Positions 34,702 to 45,516 of a stretch of 45,516 nt of DNA are shown here, one piece after another. Position 1 is the stretch's first letter, and each line of letters begins with the position of its first letter. The notes beneath the pieces are model-generated. The model made no database searches. It was not told the DNA's origin and saw nothing but the letters and a program-made list of their open reading frames with translations. The stretch lies in sequence record SRR22947727_462. One strand, written 5' to 3'. The position numbers and the translations under genes were made by a program.

Positions 34702-34969
34702 CTATTTCATCTCTTTCATTTCATCTCAACGCCGGCAATCCAGCGAGAGAACAGCAAAAATACAACGCACATCCTCATGATGAACATTGCTGTGACAAGG
34801 GAATTAAAATGTTTTGAAGGTTGTCTCGTCGTGCCAGCGCTCTGTCTGCATCTGGTTGTCGGGGGCACCCTCAATCGGCCTTGTTCGTGCCCTGTTAATT
34901 CATAATCCCTTTGATTCCCGCTTTTCTCGCACGCAATCTTGAAAAAAGCAAATAAAATGCGCCACATGC

Positions 34970-35001
34970 AAAAACCGCCCTACCAATGGCAGGACGGTTT
35001 T
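34970..35001 (-). terminator. Rho-independent terminator of rpsO
   Basis: Minus strand AAAACCGTCCTGCC-ATT-GGTAGGGCGGTTTTT. Confidence 0.8.
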
Positions 35002-35023
35002 ACAGGCTTTTTGTCAACAGGGC

Positions 35024-35293
35024 TTAGCGGCGCAAGCCCAGCTTTTCAATCAATGCCTTATAGGTCGCAACATCACCCGACTTGATATAGTCAAGAAGGC
35101 TGCGACGCTGGCCAACCATGGCCAAAAGGCCACGGCGTGACCCAAAATCTTTTTTATGGTCTTTTAGATGCTCGGTCAGGTTGCGAATGCGCTCAGACAA
35201 AATAGCCACCTGAACTGATGCAGATCCTGAATCCTTGTCGTTTTTGCCAAACTCAGCAATTAGCTCGGCTTTACGTTCCTGTGTAATCGACAT
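35024..35293 (-). CDS. rpsO: 30S ribosomal protein S15
   Basis: [47 protein letters not shown]. Confidence 0.98.
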   Translation of the reverse strand: MSITQERKAELIAEFGKNDKDSGSASVQVAILSERIRNLTEHLKDHKKDFGSRRGLLAMVGQRRSLLDYIKSGDVATYKALIEKLGLRR

Positions 35294-35317
35294 CGAAACC
35301 TCCTATATGGGTTTAAG

Positions 35318-36250
35318 TTAAATATTCAGCACACGAACAGGACAGACCGCGCCAGCCTTGACCACCACCAAAGCCACCGGACGGTCTCCCTCCATGGCGA
35401 TTGCGGTTGCACCGGTCAAAAGCGTCTGAAAACGATCCTGTGCTGATGCACTGATCGCCGGAAGCGTCTGACCATGGCGAAGCTTGGTTGCCTCATTCCC
35501 TGAGATGGGTAGCGCCGGGATGTCGTCCAGCGCACTCACAACAGGATGCAAATGCTCTAAAGCGGCGGCACTATGCGGCAGCTTCTCTAAAAAATCCAGT
35601 GAAATCGCATGATCGGCATGAAATTGTCCGACCGAAAGCCGCCGAAGCGCGGTGACATGCGCTGCCGTACCAAGATCGCGCCCAAGGTCGCGCGCCAATG
35701 CCCGAATATAGGCGCCTTTGCCACAAGCAACATAGAATCGGGCATGGTTCTGATCTGACGCAATCCGGCGAAAGGATTCGATATAAATCTGCCGTGATTC
35801 CAACGTGATCGCTGCCTCTTCATCGCCTGCCTTTCGCGCCAAATCATAGGCGCGTTTGCCATCAACCTTAATCGCCGAATAAACCGGCGGCACTTGTTGG
35901 ATGTGACCTTGATAATGCGTTAGCGCCGCATCAATCGCGGCCGCATCCGGACGGTGATCAGACTGGCGGGTAACACTGCCTTCGCCATCATCGGTGCTGG
36001 TTTCGCTTCCCCAGGCCAATTCAAATTCATAGGATTTCTGCTGGCCCATCGCAAAAGATACGGTTTTGGTGGCCTCGCCAAGGGCAATAGGAAGAATACC
36101 GCTTGCCAACGGGTCAAGCGTGCCACCATGACCCGCCTTTGCAGCATCAAAAACCCGGCGCACAATCGCCACGGCCTTGGCCGAACTTATGCCCTTTGGT
36201 TTATCAAGGTTAACCCAGCCATGAATTGGCTGTCCGCGTTTGCGTGCCAT
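35318..36250 (-). CDS. truB: tRNA pseudouridine(55) synthase
   Basis: LDKPKG, KAGHGGTLDPLASG, PP.YSAIKVDG, CGKGAYIRALARD. Start ATG 36250. Confidence 0.96.
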   Translation of the reverse strand: MARKRGQPIHGWVNLDKPKGISSAKAVAIVRRVFDAAKAGHGGTLDPLASGILPIALGEATKTVSFAMGQQKSYEFELAWGSETSTDDGEGSVTRQSDHRPDAAAIDAALTHYQGHIQQVPPVYSAIKVDGKRAYDLARKAGDEEAAITLESRQIYIESFRRIASDQNHARFYVACGKGAYIRALARDLGRDLGTAAHVTALRRLSVGQFHADHAISLDFLEKLPHSAAALEHLHPVVSALDDIPALPISGNEATKLRHGQTLPAISASAQDRFQTLLTGATAIAMEGDRPVALVVVKAGAVCPVRVLNI

Positions 36251-36257
36251 CACACAA

Positions 36258-36644
36258 TCAGCCTTGGCGGATGGCGGCAAAAAGCTCGTTCATCCGCGCT
36301 GCATTTTCAAAGCTTTCATCGAGCAGAAACCGCAGGCGTGGGGTGCGCCGCAAATGCACTTTTTTAGCAACCAGTGACTGGATCAGAGGTGCCAACCGGT
36401 TCAAGGCTGGCAAAACAACCTCGATATTGACCCCACCAAGCGGCATTGTATAAACTCGCGCATTGGCCAGATCTGGGCTGACGGTAATTTCCGAAATGGT
36501 GATCGATACATTGGCAAGATCAGGATCAAAGAAATCCTCGCGCATCAAAATTTCCGACAAAGCATGGCGCAATGTTTCACCAACGCGTAATTGACGCTGG
36601 CTTGGCCCTTTTGCAGATTGTGGACGACGCGATTTTGACGGCAT
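36258..36644 (-). CDS. rbfA: 30S ribosome-binding factor A
   Basis: SQRQLRVGE, VSPDL..A, LRRTPRLRFLLDESF. Start 36644 or 36653. Confidence 0.94.
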   Translation of the reverse strand: MPSKSRRPQSAKGPSQRQLRVGETLRHALSEILMREDFFDPDLANVSITISEITVSPDLANARVYTMPLGGVNIEVVLPALNRLAPLIQSLVAKKVHLRRTPRLRFLLDESFENAARMNELFAAIRQG

Positions 36645-36714
36645 GACCCTCATCCCTTTAACCAAATGTCAGGACAGGCCAAACCGGCGCATCCTGTCAC
36701 CAACTTAGCCGGTG

Positions 36715-39267
36715 TTAATCGAGTGTTCGTGCAACTTCACGAAGTTCGAAACATTCGATCATATCTTTTTCCTGAAGGTCGGAATAATTTTCAAATCCCA
36801 TTCCGCATTCAAAACCTTCGCGCACTTCTTTGACTTCGTCTTTAAAGCGCTTCAGGGTTTTGAGAGAGCCTTCATGAATCACCACATTATCCCGCAGCAA
36901 ACGAACCTTGCAGCCACGTTTGATAACGCCTTCGGTCACCATACAACCAGCAATCTTGCCAATTTTTGATACACCAAAGACCTGACGAATTTCGGCATAA
37001 CCAATGAAATCTTCTTGCGTATCGGGGCTGAGAAGGCCGCCCATTGCCGCTTTGACTTCATCGATAAGTTCATAAATGATCGAGTGATAGCGAATTTCAA
37101 CACCATCACGTTTTGCCAGATCACGCGCCTGCGGAATCGCCCGAACGTTAAAACCAACCACAATGGCATTTGATGCGGCGGCAAGGCTGATATCAGATTC
37201 GCTAAGCGCACCAACACCGGCCGATAACAGACGCACCTTCACCTGTTCGGTTCCCAGTTTTTCCAGCGCAACGCGAATGGCCTCAAGCGAGCCATGAACA
37301 TCGGTCTTGATCACAACCGGTAATTCTTCGGCCTCACCAGCGGCAATTGCCGATAGCATCTGCTCGACCGATCCACGCGCACCGCGCGCGGCCTCGTGAT
37401 CACGGTTGCGGCGTGTCCGATATTCGGCAATTTCACGTGCACGCGCTTCGCTTTCAACAACAACACAACTATCGCCTGCCATCGGCGTGCCGTTCAGACC
37501 CAAAATCTCAACAGGTTGACCCGGACCTGCTGATTTCAGGGTTTTGCCGCGATCATCAAGCAACGCACGAACACGGCCGCTTTCGGCACCAATGACAAAA
37601 ATATCACCTTGCTTCAAGGTGCCGCGCTGAACCAGCAAAGTGGCAACTGATCCCTTGCCGCGCTCGACCTTTGATTCGACAACAACACCTTCGGCCGGAC
37701 GATCAGGATTGGCCTTCAATTCGAGAAGTTCGGCCTGCAACATGATGGCTTCTTCCAGCTTGTCGAGACCCATGCCTGTATGCGCTGATACATCAACACA
37801 TAAAACATCACCGCCAAAATCTTCGGTGATGATTTCATGCTGCAACAAATCGCTTCGCACGCGCGCTGGATCGGCGGCAGGCTTGTCACATTTATTGACA
37901 GCAACAATCGTTGGACAACCTGCCGCCTTGGCATGGTTAATCGCCTCGATGGTTTGCATCATGACCGAATCATCAGCCGCCACAACCAGAACGACGATAT
38001 CGGTGATATTCGCGCCGCGTGACCGCATTTCGGTAAAGGCTTCATGGCCAGGTGTATCAATGAATGTAATGACATTATCGGCCACTGTTTTGATCTGATA
38101 AGCACCGATATGCTGGGTGATTCCTCCTGATTCACCCGCCGCAACATCGGTACGGCGAATGGCATCAAGAAGGCTGGTTTTACCATGGTCAACGTGACCC
38201 ATAATGGTCACAACAGGCGGACGTGGTTGCAGGCTTTCCGCCGGATCATCATCACCACCAAGGCCAATTTCGATATCCGATTCAGATACACGCTGAATCC
38301 GGTGCCCAAATTCGCCAGCGACCAATTCAGCGGTTTCACCATCAATCGCTTGTGTTGCGGTTGCCATGATGTTCAGCTTCATCAGCTCTTTCACCACATC
38401 AGCGGTACGCTCGGCCATCCGGTTTGCCAATTCACCAACGGTAATGCTGTCAGGAATAATCACATCACGAAGCTGTTTGACCTGTGGCTGTTCTTCGCGC
38501 ATCCGCGCCCGCTCACGCTGGCGCTTGACCGACGCAAGGGAACGCTGGCGACGGCTATCATCACCCGACAAAGCCTGCGTAATGGTCATCTTACCTGATT
38601 GGCGACGACCCGCAGCTTCGCGGCGTGGTGCTGGGCGGCGTGGTGCCATTTCTTCAGCTTCACGGCGACGGCGATTTTGCATTTCGGTTGGCGTTGGACC
38701 AAATTTATTGGCCGCTGTTGCCGCATCGCTTGGCGCATCTTCAGTAACCTGACGGCGCGCAGCATGGGCATCGGTATGTTTTTTATTCTCTTCACTGCGG
38801 CGACGTTCTTCACCAGCCTCGATTTCCTGCAATTCAGCAAGTTCGGCAGCGCGGCGCGCGGCAATCGGATCAAGCGGCACTTCGGGTTCGGGTGCGGCTT
38901 CTGGCACAGCGGCTGCAACCGGTGCTTCGCTTGGCGAATCAGCCTTGGCAAGCCCTTCTTGCAGAGCGCGAACACGCGCGGCACGTTCTTGCGCTGTCAG
39001 ACGATCATCAGCGGCAGGTGCCGATGGGGCTGGCGCGGCAGGTGCGGCGGCGGTTTGTACAGGTTCGGTTACAACTGGTTCAGGCGCTGGTGCCCCACCG
39101 CGCTGCGGTGCTGCCGGAGCGCGTTTGCGCCGGACTTCAACTTGAACCGTTTTGCGCGCACCACCAACTGATGGCCCGGCACGCAGCTTGCTGGCGTCAA
39201 TATTGCCAAGCGTCAATTTGCTACCTGAGAGACTCAGTTTTTTTGGTTTACTGCTATCGTCAGTCAT
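36715..39267 (-). CDS. infB: Translation initiation factor IF-2
   Basis: [57 protein letters not shown]. Confidence 0.98.
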   Translation of the reverse strand: MTDDSSKPKKLSLSGSKLTLGNIDASKLRAGPSVGGARKTVQVEVRRKRAPAAPQRGGAPAPEPVVTEPVQTAAAPAAPAPSAPAADDRLTAQERAARVRALQEGLAKADSPSEAPVAAAVPEAAPEPEVPLDPIAARRAAELAELQEIEAGEERRRSEENKKHTDAHAARRQVTEDAPSDAATAANKFGPTPTEMQNRRRREAEEMAPRRPAPRREAAGRRQSGKMTITQALSGDDSRRQRSLASVKRQRERARMREEQPQVKQLRDVIIPDSITVGELANRMAERTADVVKELMKLNIMATATQAIDGETAELVAGEFGHRIQRVSESDIEIGLGGDDDPAESLQPRPPVVTIMGHVDHGKTSLLDAIRRTDVAAGESGGITQHIGAYQIKTVADNVITFIDTPGHEAFTEMRSRGANITDIVVLVVAADDSVMMQTIEAINHAKAAGCPTIVAVNKCDKPAADPARVRSDLLQHEIITEDFGGDVLCVDVSAHTGMGLDKLEEAIMLQAELLELKANPDRPAEGVVVESKVERGKGSVATLLVQRGTLKQGDIFVIGAESGRVRALLDDRGKTLKSAGPGQPVEILGLNGTPMAGDSCVVVESEARAREIAEYRTRRNRDHEAARGARGSVEQMLSAIAAGEAEELPVVIKTDVHGSLEAIRVALEKLGTEQVKVRLLSAGVGALSESDISLAAASNAIVVGFNVRAIPQARDLAKRDGVEIRYHSIIYELIDEVKAAMGGLLSPDTQEDFIGYAEIRQVFGVSKIGKIAGCMVTEGVIKRGCKVRLLRDNVVIHEGSLKTLKRFKDEVKEVREGFECGMGFENYSDLQEKDMIECFELREVARTLD

Positions 39268-39329
39268 TTCGAACCTTTCTTGGTATTCACCACCGCATAA
39301 TCTCGCATACGCTGGTCAAACCGTTATGC

Positions 39330-39935
39330 CTAGGTGATACACCGGTCAGGCAGGTCATTACAACCCGCTGTTGTATAAAACCCGTCTAAACGCATGATAT
39401 CTTCATGAACCGTGCGTACTAATTTTCCTGAGCCATTGCCCGCCGATGCCCGCAACCCGACAAAAGCCAAACTATCACGGCCACATATGCGGCCAAGCTC
39501 GGTTGCGCTGAATGACTGGCTCACCCAATCTACATCAAGCTTGGATTTCATTTTCGCAAGTTCGCGCGGCGATGCATCCGCCGCCGCAAGCAAGCCTTCA
39601 AAATGGCCTTCAGATAATAATTTGCCGCCACCACCAAGAAGCATGCCAGCGCGGCGTGCCATTGATGCTGTGGCAATGATGCGCGCCCGCAACCCAACGG
39701 CAATGGCGGCAAGATCGGCATCAACCGATTTCAACCCCACGCCAAGAGCGCGTTTCAAATGACCTTTTTGATCGGCTTTGCGAATGACAGACTCTTCGGC
39801 TGTCACCCACGCGCCACGGCCGGGCAGACGTCCTGCAAGATCGGCAACAGCATAGCCATCCGGTGCCGCAACAAAGCGAATTAGCTTGTGCGGGGGAAGC
39901 GTTTGCCCAGTTGCGATACAGGTGCGCTCAGCCAT
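39330..39935 (-). CDS. DUF448 (YlxR-like) RNA-binding protein with C-terminal L7Ae-like region
   Basis: ERTCIATG, LIRFV..PDG, LPGRGAWV; conserved position between nusA and infB. Confidence 0.85.
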   Translation of the reverse strand: MAERTCIATGQTLPPHKLIRFVAAPDGYAVADLAGRLPGRGAWVTAEESVIRKADQKGHLKRALGVGLKSVDADLAAIAVGLRARIIATASMARRAGMLLGGGGKLLSEGHFEGLLAAADASPRELAKMKSKLDVDWVSQSFSATELGRICGRDSLAFVGLRASAGNGSGKLVRTVHEDIMRLDGFYTTAGCNDLPDRCIT

Positions 39936-39955
39936 GACAGATAGCCCCTCATGGC

Positions 39956-41512
39956 CTAGCTGTCAGACGAAGCCGACGCATCGTCGGTGTCTGTGCTGTC
40001 AGCGGTTTCATCTGTAAACCAATGCGCCCGTGCAGCCATGATAATATCACCAGCTTCGCCATCATCGCTAAGACCATGCTGACCTAAAAGCTCGACAAGC
40101 TCTTCATTATCAAGACCGGCAAGATCATCAAGCTTGCGGATTTCATTTTCGGCAAGGGTCAACAACATGGCAAGGCTGATATATTCAAAGGCACGAAGAT
40201 CGTCAGCGACCTTCATTTCATCAAGCGCAGCATTGATCCGGTCGGATTCACGCTCGACAAATTCGATGGCGCGATTCTGCAATTCGCCAGCGATATCTTC
40301 GTCAAAGCCCTGAATCGCGGCTAGCTCTTCCAATGTGCTTTCGGCAATTTCTTCAGGGAAGACAAAGCCTTCAGCAACAAGAAGATGCGCAATCACATCA
40401 TCAATATTCAACGCATCAATAAAGCGTGTTGAACGGGTTTTAAACTCTTCCTGACGGCGTTCGGATTCTTCGGCCTCGGTCAGAACATCAATATACCAAC
40501 CCGACAATTGCGACGCCAAACGCACATTCTGGCCACGACGCCCAATCGCAAGGCTCAATTGATCGTCCGGAACAACAACTTCCATCCGGCCAGCAACCTC
40601 ATCCATCACCACCTTGGCGACTTCGGCAGGTGCCAAAGCATTCACCACAAAAGCGGCTGGATCTTCGATATAAGGAATGATTTCAACTTTTTCGCCCTGC
40701 AATTCGCCAACAACAGCCTGAACACGGCTGCCGCGCATACCAACACAAGCACCAACCGGATCAATGCCCGGATCATTTGACAGAACGGCAATTTTGGCAC
40801 GGCTGCCAGGCTCGCGGGCGACCCCTTTGATTTCAATAATGCCATCATAGATTTCAGGCACTTCTTGGGTAAACAGCTTGGCCATAAATTCATTACAAGC
40901 CCGCGATAGGAAAATCTGGGGGCCGCGCGGCTCTTCACGAACATCAATGATATAGGCACGAACACGATCGCCTTGGCGCAGGTTTTCACGCGGGATCATT
41001 TCCTCACGGCGAATCACCGCTTCGGCGCGGCCAAGATCAACCGTGATTGAATAGCTTTCAGCCCGCTTGACCGTACCAACAACAATTTCGCCAATACGGT
41101 GCTTATATTCTTCAAACTGGCGTGCGCGTTCGGCATCACGCACTTTTTGTGAAATAACCTGTTTTGCAGTTTGCGCGGCAATCCGGCCAAATTCGATTGG
41201 CGGCAAAGATTGGCGCCAAAATTCACCCGCGGCCAATGGTGGGTTTTGCTTGGCACCTTCAGCAAGACTCATCTGCATCGATTCATCTTCAACTTCTTCG
41301 ACAACTTCGATCCAACGCTCAAGACGAATGGCACCGGTTTTGCGATCAATCATCGCCCGGATATCACGGTCTAACCCATATTTCGCCCGACCGGCCTTTT
41401 GGATGGCTTCCTCCATCGCCAGCATGACTTCTTCGCGCTCAATTGATTTTTCACGCGCCACCACATCGGCAACTTGAATTAGCTCGAGGCCAGGAATTGA
41501 TGATGTATCCAT
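39956..41512 (-). CDS. nusA: Transcription termination/antitermination factor NusA
   Basis: FGRIAAQTAKQVI, EVPEIYDG, DPVGACVGMRGSRVQ, AIGRRGQNVRLAS. Start ATG 41512. Confidence 0.97.
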   Translation of the reverse strand: MDTSSIPGLELIQVADVVAREKSIEREEVMLAMEEAIQKAGRAKYGLDRDIRAMIDRKTGAIRLERWIEVVEEVEDESMQMSLAEGAKQNPPLAAGEFWRQSLPPIEFGRIAAQTAKQVISQKVRDAERARQFEEYKHRIGEIVVGTVKRAESYSITVDLGRAEAVIRREEMIPRENLRQGDRVRAYIIDVREEPRGPQIFLSRACNEFMAKLFTQEVPEIYDGIIEIKGVAREPGSRAKIAVLSNDPGIDPVGACVGMRGSRVQAVVGELQGEKVEIIPYIEDPAAFVVNALAPAEVAKVVMDEVAGRMEVVVPDDQLSLAIGRRGQNVRLASQLSGWYIDVLTEAEESERRQEEFKTRSTRFIDALNIDDVIAHLLVAEGFVFPEEIAESTLEELAAIQGFDEDIAGELQNRAIEFVERESDRINAALDEMKVADDLRAFEYISLAMLLTLAENEIRKLDDLAGLDNEELVELLGQHGLSDDGEAGDIIMAARAHWFTDETADSTDTDDASASSDS

Positions 41513-41611
41513 AGTCGTCTCACCTTTGGTTTGTCTTTGCACCATATGTGGCGCGGCATTTATTACGAAAATTCTTTGTTGTTTTGACCTTCATTCATCG
41601 CCGCTTCGGTT

Positions 41612-42091
41612 CTAGCTGCGCCGTTCAAAAATTTCACTTGGGTCGATCCGTGCCGATTCAATATCATCAAAGGCAAATTCAAATCTGCCAAAGCTTGTTT
41701 CAAGGCCAATATTGCCATCATCTGTCAGGCCGGTAAGCCGGCCTTGAAACCGCCGCCGTCCATCAAGCATCATGCGCAATGTTATTTTCGCCAATTCACC
41801 ATTGAAACGCTCAAAATGTTCAATCCGTGTCAAAGGCCGGTCGATGCCAGGCGAACTCACTTCAAGGACATAGGCAGCGGCAATGGGGTCATCAACATCA
41901 AGCAATGTCGAAATATGCCGACTTAGCATCTGGCAATCTTCGACCGTCATTTCACGATCTTCTTTCGGCTCGGCCATGATCTGCAACTGGTTGCGACCCG
42001 TTTGCCCACCTGAAAACTGCACCCGCACAAGGCCAAAGCCAAGCACGGTAACCGCATCTTCGATAATCTGGCTTATCTTGGCTTCGACCAA
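41612..42091 (-). CDS. rimP: Ribosome maturation factor RimP
   Basis: LQIMAE, TVEDC..LSR..S.LLDVDDPI..Y.LEVSSPGIDRPL. TTG start at 42091 after GGAGG. Confidence 0.95.
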   Translation of the reverse strand: MVEAKISQIIEDAVTVLGFGLVRVQFSGGQTGRNQLQIMAEPKEDREMTVEDCQMLSRHISTLLDVDDPIAAAYVLEVSSPGIDRPLTRIEHFERFNGELAKITLRMMLDGRRRFQGRLTGLTDDGNIGLETSFGRFEFAFDDIESARIDPSEIFERRS

Positions 42092-42204
42092 AATGCCTCC
42101 TAAAACCCTGACTATTGGCATACCCATAGAGGCAATTGCCGTAACGCTAACCTAAAGCTGTATTGCTTTTTAAAAACCGGCCAAAGCCCCTCAAAAAAGG
42201 CAAT

Positions 42205-42227
42205 AAAAAAGTGGGCCAGTGGCCCAC
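42205..42227 (-). terminator. rimP-leader terminator/attenuator hairpin
   Basis: Minus strand GTGGGCC-ACT-GGCCCAC-TTTTTT between a promoter and rimP. Confidence 0.7.
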
Positions 42228-42257
42228 CGTCTGACTGCGACAGCTTTATTTCGTCTT

Positions 42258-42286
42258 GTTATAAGCGGTGACAGGCAAAAAAGCAA
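42258..42286 (-). promoter_or_regulatory. Putative sigma70 promoter of the rimP-nusA-infB operon
   Basis: Minus strand TTGCTT-N17-TATAAC. Confidence 0.6.
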
Positions 42287-42349
42287 GAGGCAAGAGGCAG
42301 CGGGCCTGTAATGCCAATTTGTCGTTCAGTCCTTTCCAAAGTGACCGGG

Positions 42350-43075
42350 TCAGTCGGCAACGCCGCAACGCTGAAACAGAAACCATGATGATTGGCGTTC
42401 GGCGCGATCGGCCTTTTTCATGTAGCGCGTTTCGGGCAATTCGGCAGGTCGTTGACGCCAATCTTGGGGGCTGCGCGCTGTCCACATAAAATCAGCATGT
42501 GCGGTGGCAGCCTGCAAAAGCCAGCTTTTTGCCGTAGGATCATCACTTGCCAGAACCAGCCGTCCACCCGGCCGGATCATCACCGCAAGCTGGTCAAGAA
42601 GGGCGGTTTGCAGAATGCGCCGCGCCGCATGGCGTTTTTTCGGCCAAGGATCGGGAAACATGATAAAGGCACCAGCAAGGCTTGCCGCCCCAAGACTAGG
42701 CATGATCAGCCGAACATCATCTGGCCAGATGCGGATATTGCCAAGCTGTTGTTCATCAATATGGCGAAGCAGACTGGCAACACCATTGATGAAAGGTTCG
42801 GCGCCGATGAAATCGCAATCAGGCATCGCCGCGGCAAGGCCAGCCAGATGCTCACCACCGCCAAAACCGATTTCAAGATAGCGATCGGCCTTGTGGCCAA
42901 ATTGATCATCAATCGGCCGCGCCGGATCAAAGGCAAATTGCGGCAAAGCTTCATCAAGAAGCCGCTTCATCGAGGCACGAAGCGGGCGGCCTTTGCGCCG
43001 ACCATAAAAACGCGGCCCCAGCGGCATCCCGTCAATTAAAACCCCGTTCTTGGTAACAGCATCGTGATCGGCCAT
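42350..43075 (-). CDS. trmB: tRNA (guanine-N7)-methyltransferase
   Basis: YGRRKG, LEIGFGGGEH, GAEPFING, FPDPWPKKRH..RR, TRY..KA. Confidence 0.96.
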   Translation of the reverse strand: MADHDAVTKNGVLIDGMPLGPRFYGRRKGRPLRASMKRLLDEALPQFAFDPARPIDDQFGHKADRYLEIGFGGGEHLAGLAAAMPDCDFIGAEPFINGVASLLRHIDEQQLGNIRIWPDDVRLIMPSLGAASLAGAFIMFPDPWPKKRHAARRILQTALLDQLAVMIRPGGRLVLASDDPTAKSWLLQAATAHADFMWTARSPQDWRQRPAELPETRYMKKADRAERQSSWFLFQRCGVAD

Positions 43076-43103
43076 TGCAAAATCTGTCCCATATGTGAAC
43101 GCG

Positions 43104-43151
43104 TATTTGATCGGATGTTTGATTGAATATTTGACCAGCTATTTCGGCAAG
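43104..43151. repeat. Degenerate 12-bp tandem repeat in the metK-trmB spacer
   Basis: TATTTGATCGGA / TGTTTGATTGAA / TATTTGACCAGC / TATTTCGGCAAG. Confidence 0.55.
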
Positions 43152-43158
43152 TGATATC

Positions 43159-44337
43159 CTATCGTGCCGTAGCGCGAAGCGCGTCAACAAGGTCGGTTGC
43201 TTCCCAGCTAAATGTGCCCGCCCCTGCTTCACCAGCAATTCGGCCAAAATGCCCATAGGCGGCAGTTGGCGCATAGATTGGCGCATTCATGCCAAGATGC
43301 TGGCGAATACCGCGCGGCGTCAAATCCATGCAATCGCGAAGCGCTTCTTGCAGTTTTTGATCATCAATAGTGCCCGTGCCATGTGTATTCGCACAAAGCG
43401 ATACCGGCTCGGCAACGCCAATCGCATAGGCGATCTGAATTGTGCAACGCGATGCCAATCCCGCCGCAACAACATTTTTTGCCAAATAGCGGCTAGCATA
43501 GGCAGCCGACCGGTCAACCTTTGTTGGGTCCTTTCCCGAAAAGGCACCGCCACCATGCGGCGCCGCCCCACCATAAGTATCAACAATGATTTTGCGGCCA
43601 GTAAGACCCGTATCACCATCCGGCCCACCAATCACAAACTGTCCGGTTGGGTTTACCAGCAGATCATCACCTGACACCATCCAACCATCGGGAAGAACAT
43701 TGGCGATCACCGGCGTCACCAGTGCCAGAATATCGGCTTGTGTCGCTTTTTCAGAATGCTGCGTTGATAGAACCACCTTATGCACACCCGTTGGACGGCC
43801 GGCATCATCATAAACAAGGCTGATCTGGCTTTTTGAATCAGGGCCAAGGATTGAATCGGCATCCTGTTTACGAACCGTTGCAAGATCTTTTAGAATCTGA
43901 TGGGAATAATGAATTGCCGCAGGCATCAAGACATCGGTTTCATCACAGGCATAACCAAACATAAGCCCCTGATCGCCAGCGCCTTCATCTTTATTATCGC
44001 CTGAATCAACACCCATCGCGATATCGGTCGATTGTTCATGAAGGTAGTTTTGAAATTCGAAATTGGCGTGATGAAACTTGTCTTGCTCATAGCCGATATC
44101 TTTGACCGCCGCCCGCACTGCCGGTTCGATCTCGGCCATGATCTGGGTCAATGTAGACTTGCTTGCCCGCACTTCACCAGCCAGCACAACACGGTTTGTC
44201 GTTGCCAAAGTTTCACAGGCAACACGCGCTTCTGGTTCATATTTCAAAAACAGATCAAGAACCGTATCCGAAACACGGTCACATAATTTGTCGGGATGGC
44301 CTTCTGAAACAGATTCAGATGTAAAGATATAGCTCAT
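43159..44337 (-). CDS. metK: S-adenosylmethionine synthetase
   Basis: [52 protein letters not shown]. Start ATG 44337 after AAGGA. Confidence 0.98.
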   Translation of the reverse strand: MSYIFTSESVSEGHPDKLCDRVSDTVLDLFLKYEPEARVACETLATTNRVVLAGEVRASKSTLTQIMAEIEPAVRAAVKDIGYEQDKFHHANFEFQNYLHEQSTDIAMGVDSGDNKDEGAGDQGLMFGYACDETDVLMPAAIHYSHQILKDLATVRKQDADSILGPDSKSQISLVYDDAGRPTGVHKVVLSTQHSEKATQADILALVTPVIANVLPDGWMVSGDDLLVNPTGQFVIGGPDGDTGLTGRKIIVDTYGGAAPHGGGAFSGKDPTKVDRSAAYASRYLAKNVVAAGLASRCTIQIAYAIGVAEPVSLCANTHGTGTIDDQKLQEALRDCMDLTPRGIRQHLGMNAPIYAPTAAYGHFGRIAGEAGAGTFSWEATDLVDALRATAR

Positions 44338-44368
44338 GGGTGGGTTCCTTAATTCTTGCTGATTATAT

Positions 44369-45516
44369 CTATTGCCTGATGGAACGAGAGAGGTCAAGAC
44401 ATGCAGCACTGCCAATAATCAAGAAAATAAGTGCAAAGAATCCCAAATTACCGAAACGGGCAAATAGCGTTGGCGCTAGGGCCGGCGGCACCGGCAGATC
44501 AAGAACACCCTGCCTGCCAAGCCCCATCTGTCCAAGAATACGGCCATAGGAATCAAAACCGGCAGTGATGCCCGTATTGGCAACCCGCATCAGCGGCAAG
44601 CCTTCTTCGACCGCGCGCATTTGGGCTTGTACAAGATGCTGCCACGGCCCTACACTTTGGCCAAACCAAGCATCATTGGTGATATTGATCATCATATCTG
44701 GGCGCATCTCTTGACCAATGACCGCGCCGGCAAAAATCACTTCATAGCAAATCAGCATTTGTATGCTGCCATAACCATCAAGACGCATCAGGCGATTATT
44801 TTCACCAGGTACAAAATCAATCGGGCCAACAATTGGCTCAAGGAAGGGAAGCCATTTCCGAAATGGCATATATTCGCCAAACGGCACAAGATGGCGTTTG
44901 TCATAGACAGCTTTAATAGCACCATCATGGTCAATCATAATGGCCGAATTCAGCAAAGTACGACCGCCGCCAAATCGCGGAATACCGGTAATCACCAAAC
45001 CATCATTTTGCGTGGCATTGCGAATGGTTGTGTTGAGCAATGCTTGATTGCGGCTAGCAAATCCGGCAAAGGCGGTTTCCGGCCAGATCACCAATTTTGG
45101 CACCACATCACCTTGACGAGACAAGCTGACAAGCCTGTCGAGATGGCGCTGGCGTTTGCTTCGATCCCATTTATCGGCTTGTGGTATTGCCGGTTGCACA
45201 AGCCGGATCATTGATCCCGATGATGCCGAATGGGCATCAGATGAATTGGCGAGCCGCATCGCCCCAAAGGCGGCAAGCATAAGAGGCAACATCAAAAATA
45301 TTGCGGCAAAACGCCGATGCCCCAAAACCCAGAATGCCGGTACCAATGCAAAAAATAGCGCAATCACGCATAGCCCATAGGCGCCAATCACGCTGGCCGA
45401 TTGCAGGCTGGCAAGATCAACAGCAAACAAACTGCCGGTCAGATTCCACGGAAATCCGGTTGCCACAAAGCCACGCGCCCATTCGCCAAGGCTGAAAAAG
45501 GCAACAAACCAAAACA
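44369..45516 (-). CDS. lnt: Apolipoprotein N-acyltransferase, 5' end beyond the right window edge
   Basis: Frame open to the window end ([13 protein letters not shown]); catalytic motifs [34 protein letters not shown]. Confidence 0.95.
   Translation of the reverse strand, partial: FWFVAFFSLGEWARGFVATGFPWNLTGSLFAVDLASLQSASVIGAYGLCVIALFFALVPAFWVLGHRRFAAIFLMLPLMLAAFGAMRLANSSDAHSASSGSMIRLVQPAIPQADKWDRSKRQRHLDRLVSLSRQGDVVPKLVIWPETAFAGFASRNQALLNTTIRNATQNDGLVITGIPRFGGGRTLLNSAIMIDHDGAIKAVYDKRHLVPFGEYMPFRKWLPFLEPIVGPIDFVPGENNRLMRLDGYGSIQMLICYEVIFAGAVIGQEMRPDMMINITNDAWFGQSVGPWQHLVQAQMRAVEEGLPLMRVANTGITAGFDSYGRILGQMGLGRQGVLDLPVPPALAPTLFARFGNLGFFALIFLIIGSAACLDLSRSIRQ

Noticed and set aside
34716-34967. 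83-aa ORF between rpsO and pnp
   Set aside because: No recognisable motif; better explained as terminator plus structured pnp leader.
44338-44368. SAM/SAH riboswitch before metK
   Set aside because: The gap is only 31 nt with no recognisable aptamer.

Overview
About 45.5 kb of core chromosome from an alphaproteobacterium of roughly 50% GC; gene content and order suggest a marine SAR116/Puniceispirillum-like organism (inference). Left to right: partial acyl-CoA ligase, TSUP exporter, isolated Pal-like lipoprotein, SAF-domain oxidoreductase, GlcG, malonate module matA-matB, DUF1737-metZ, RegB/RegA, the replication cluster rpsT-dnaA-dnaN-recF-gyrB, mutM, ubiE-ubiB-coaBC-dut-moeB, a 2-hydroxyacid dehydrogenase, an SH3 protein, katG, irr, fabA-fabB-fabI, and the cluster lnt-metK-trmB-rimP-nusA-DUF448-infB-rbfA-truB-rpsO-pnp. 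I saw no tRNA, rRNA, CRISPR array, integrase or transposase. The most unusual signal is a CoaBC with an in-frame N-terminal Cro-like helix-turn-helix domain, preceded by an AT-rich spacer with operator-like repeats; it may be a bifunctional enzyme/autoregulator of CoA synthesis. Also notable: a RegB whose H-box reads HKLGSP instead of HELGTP, a near-perfect Irr (ICE) box beside the katG promoter, and a perfect DnaA box inside the 5' end of dnaA.
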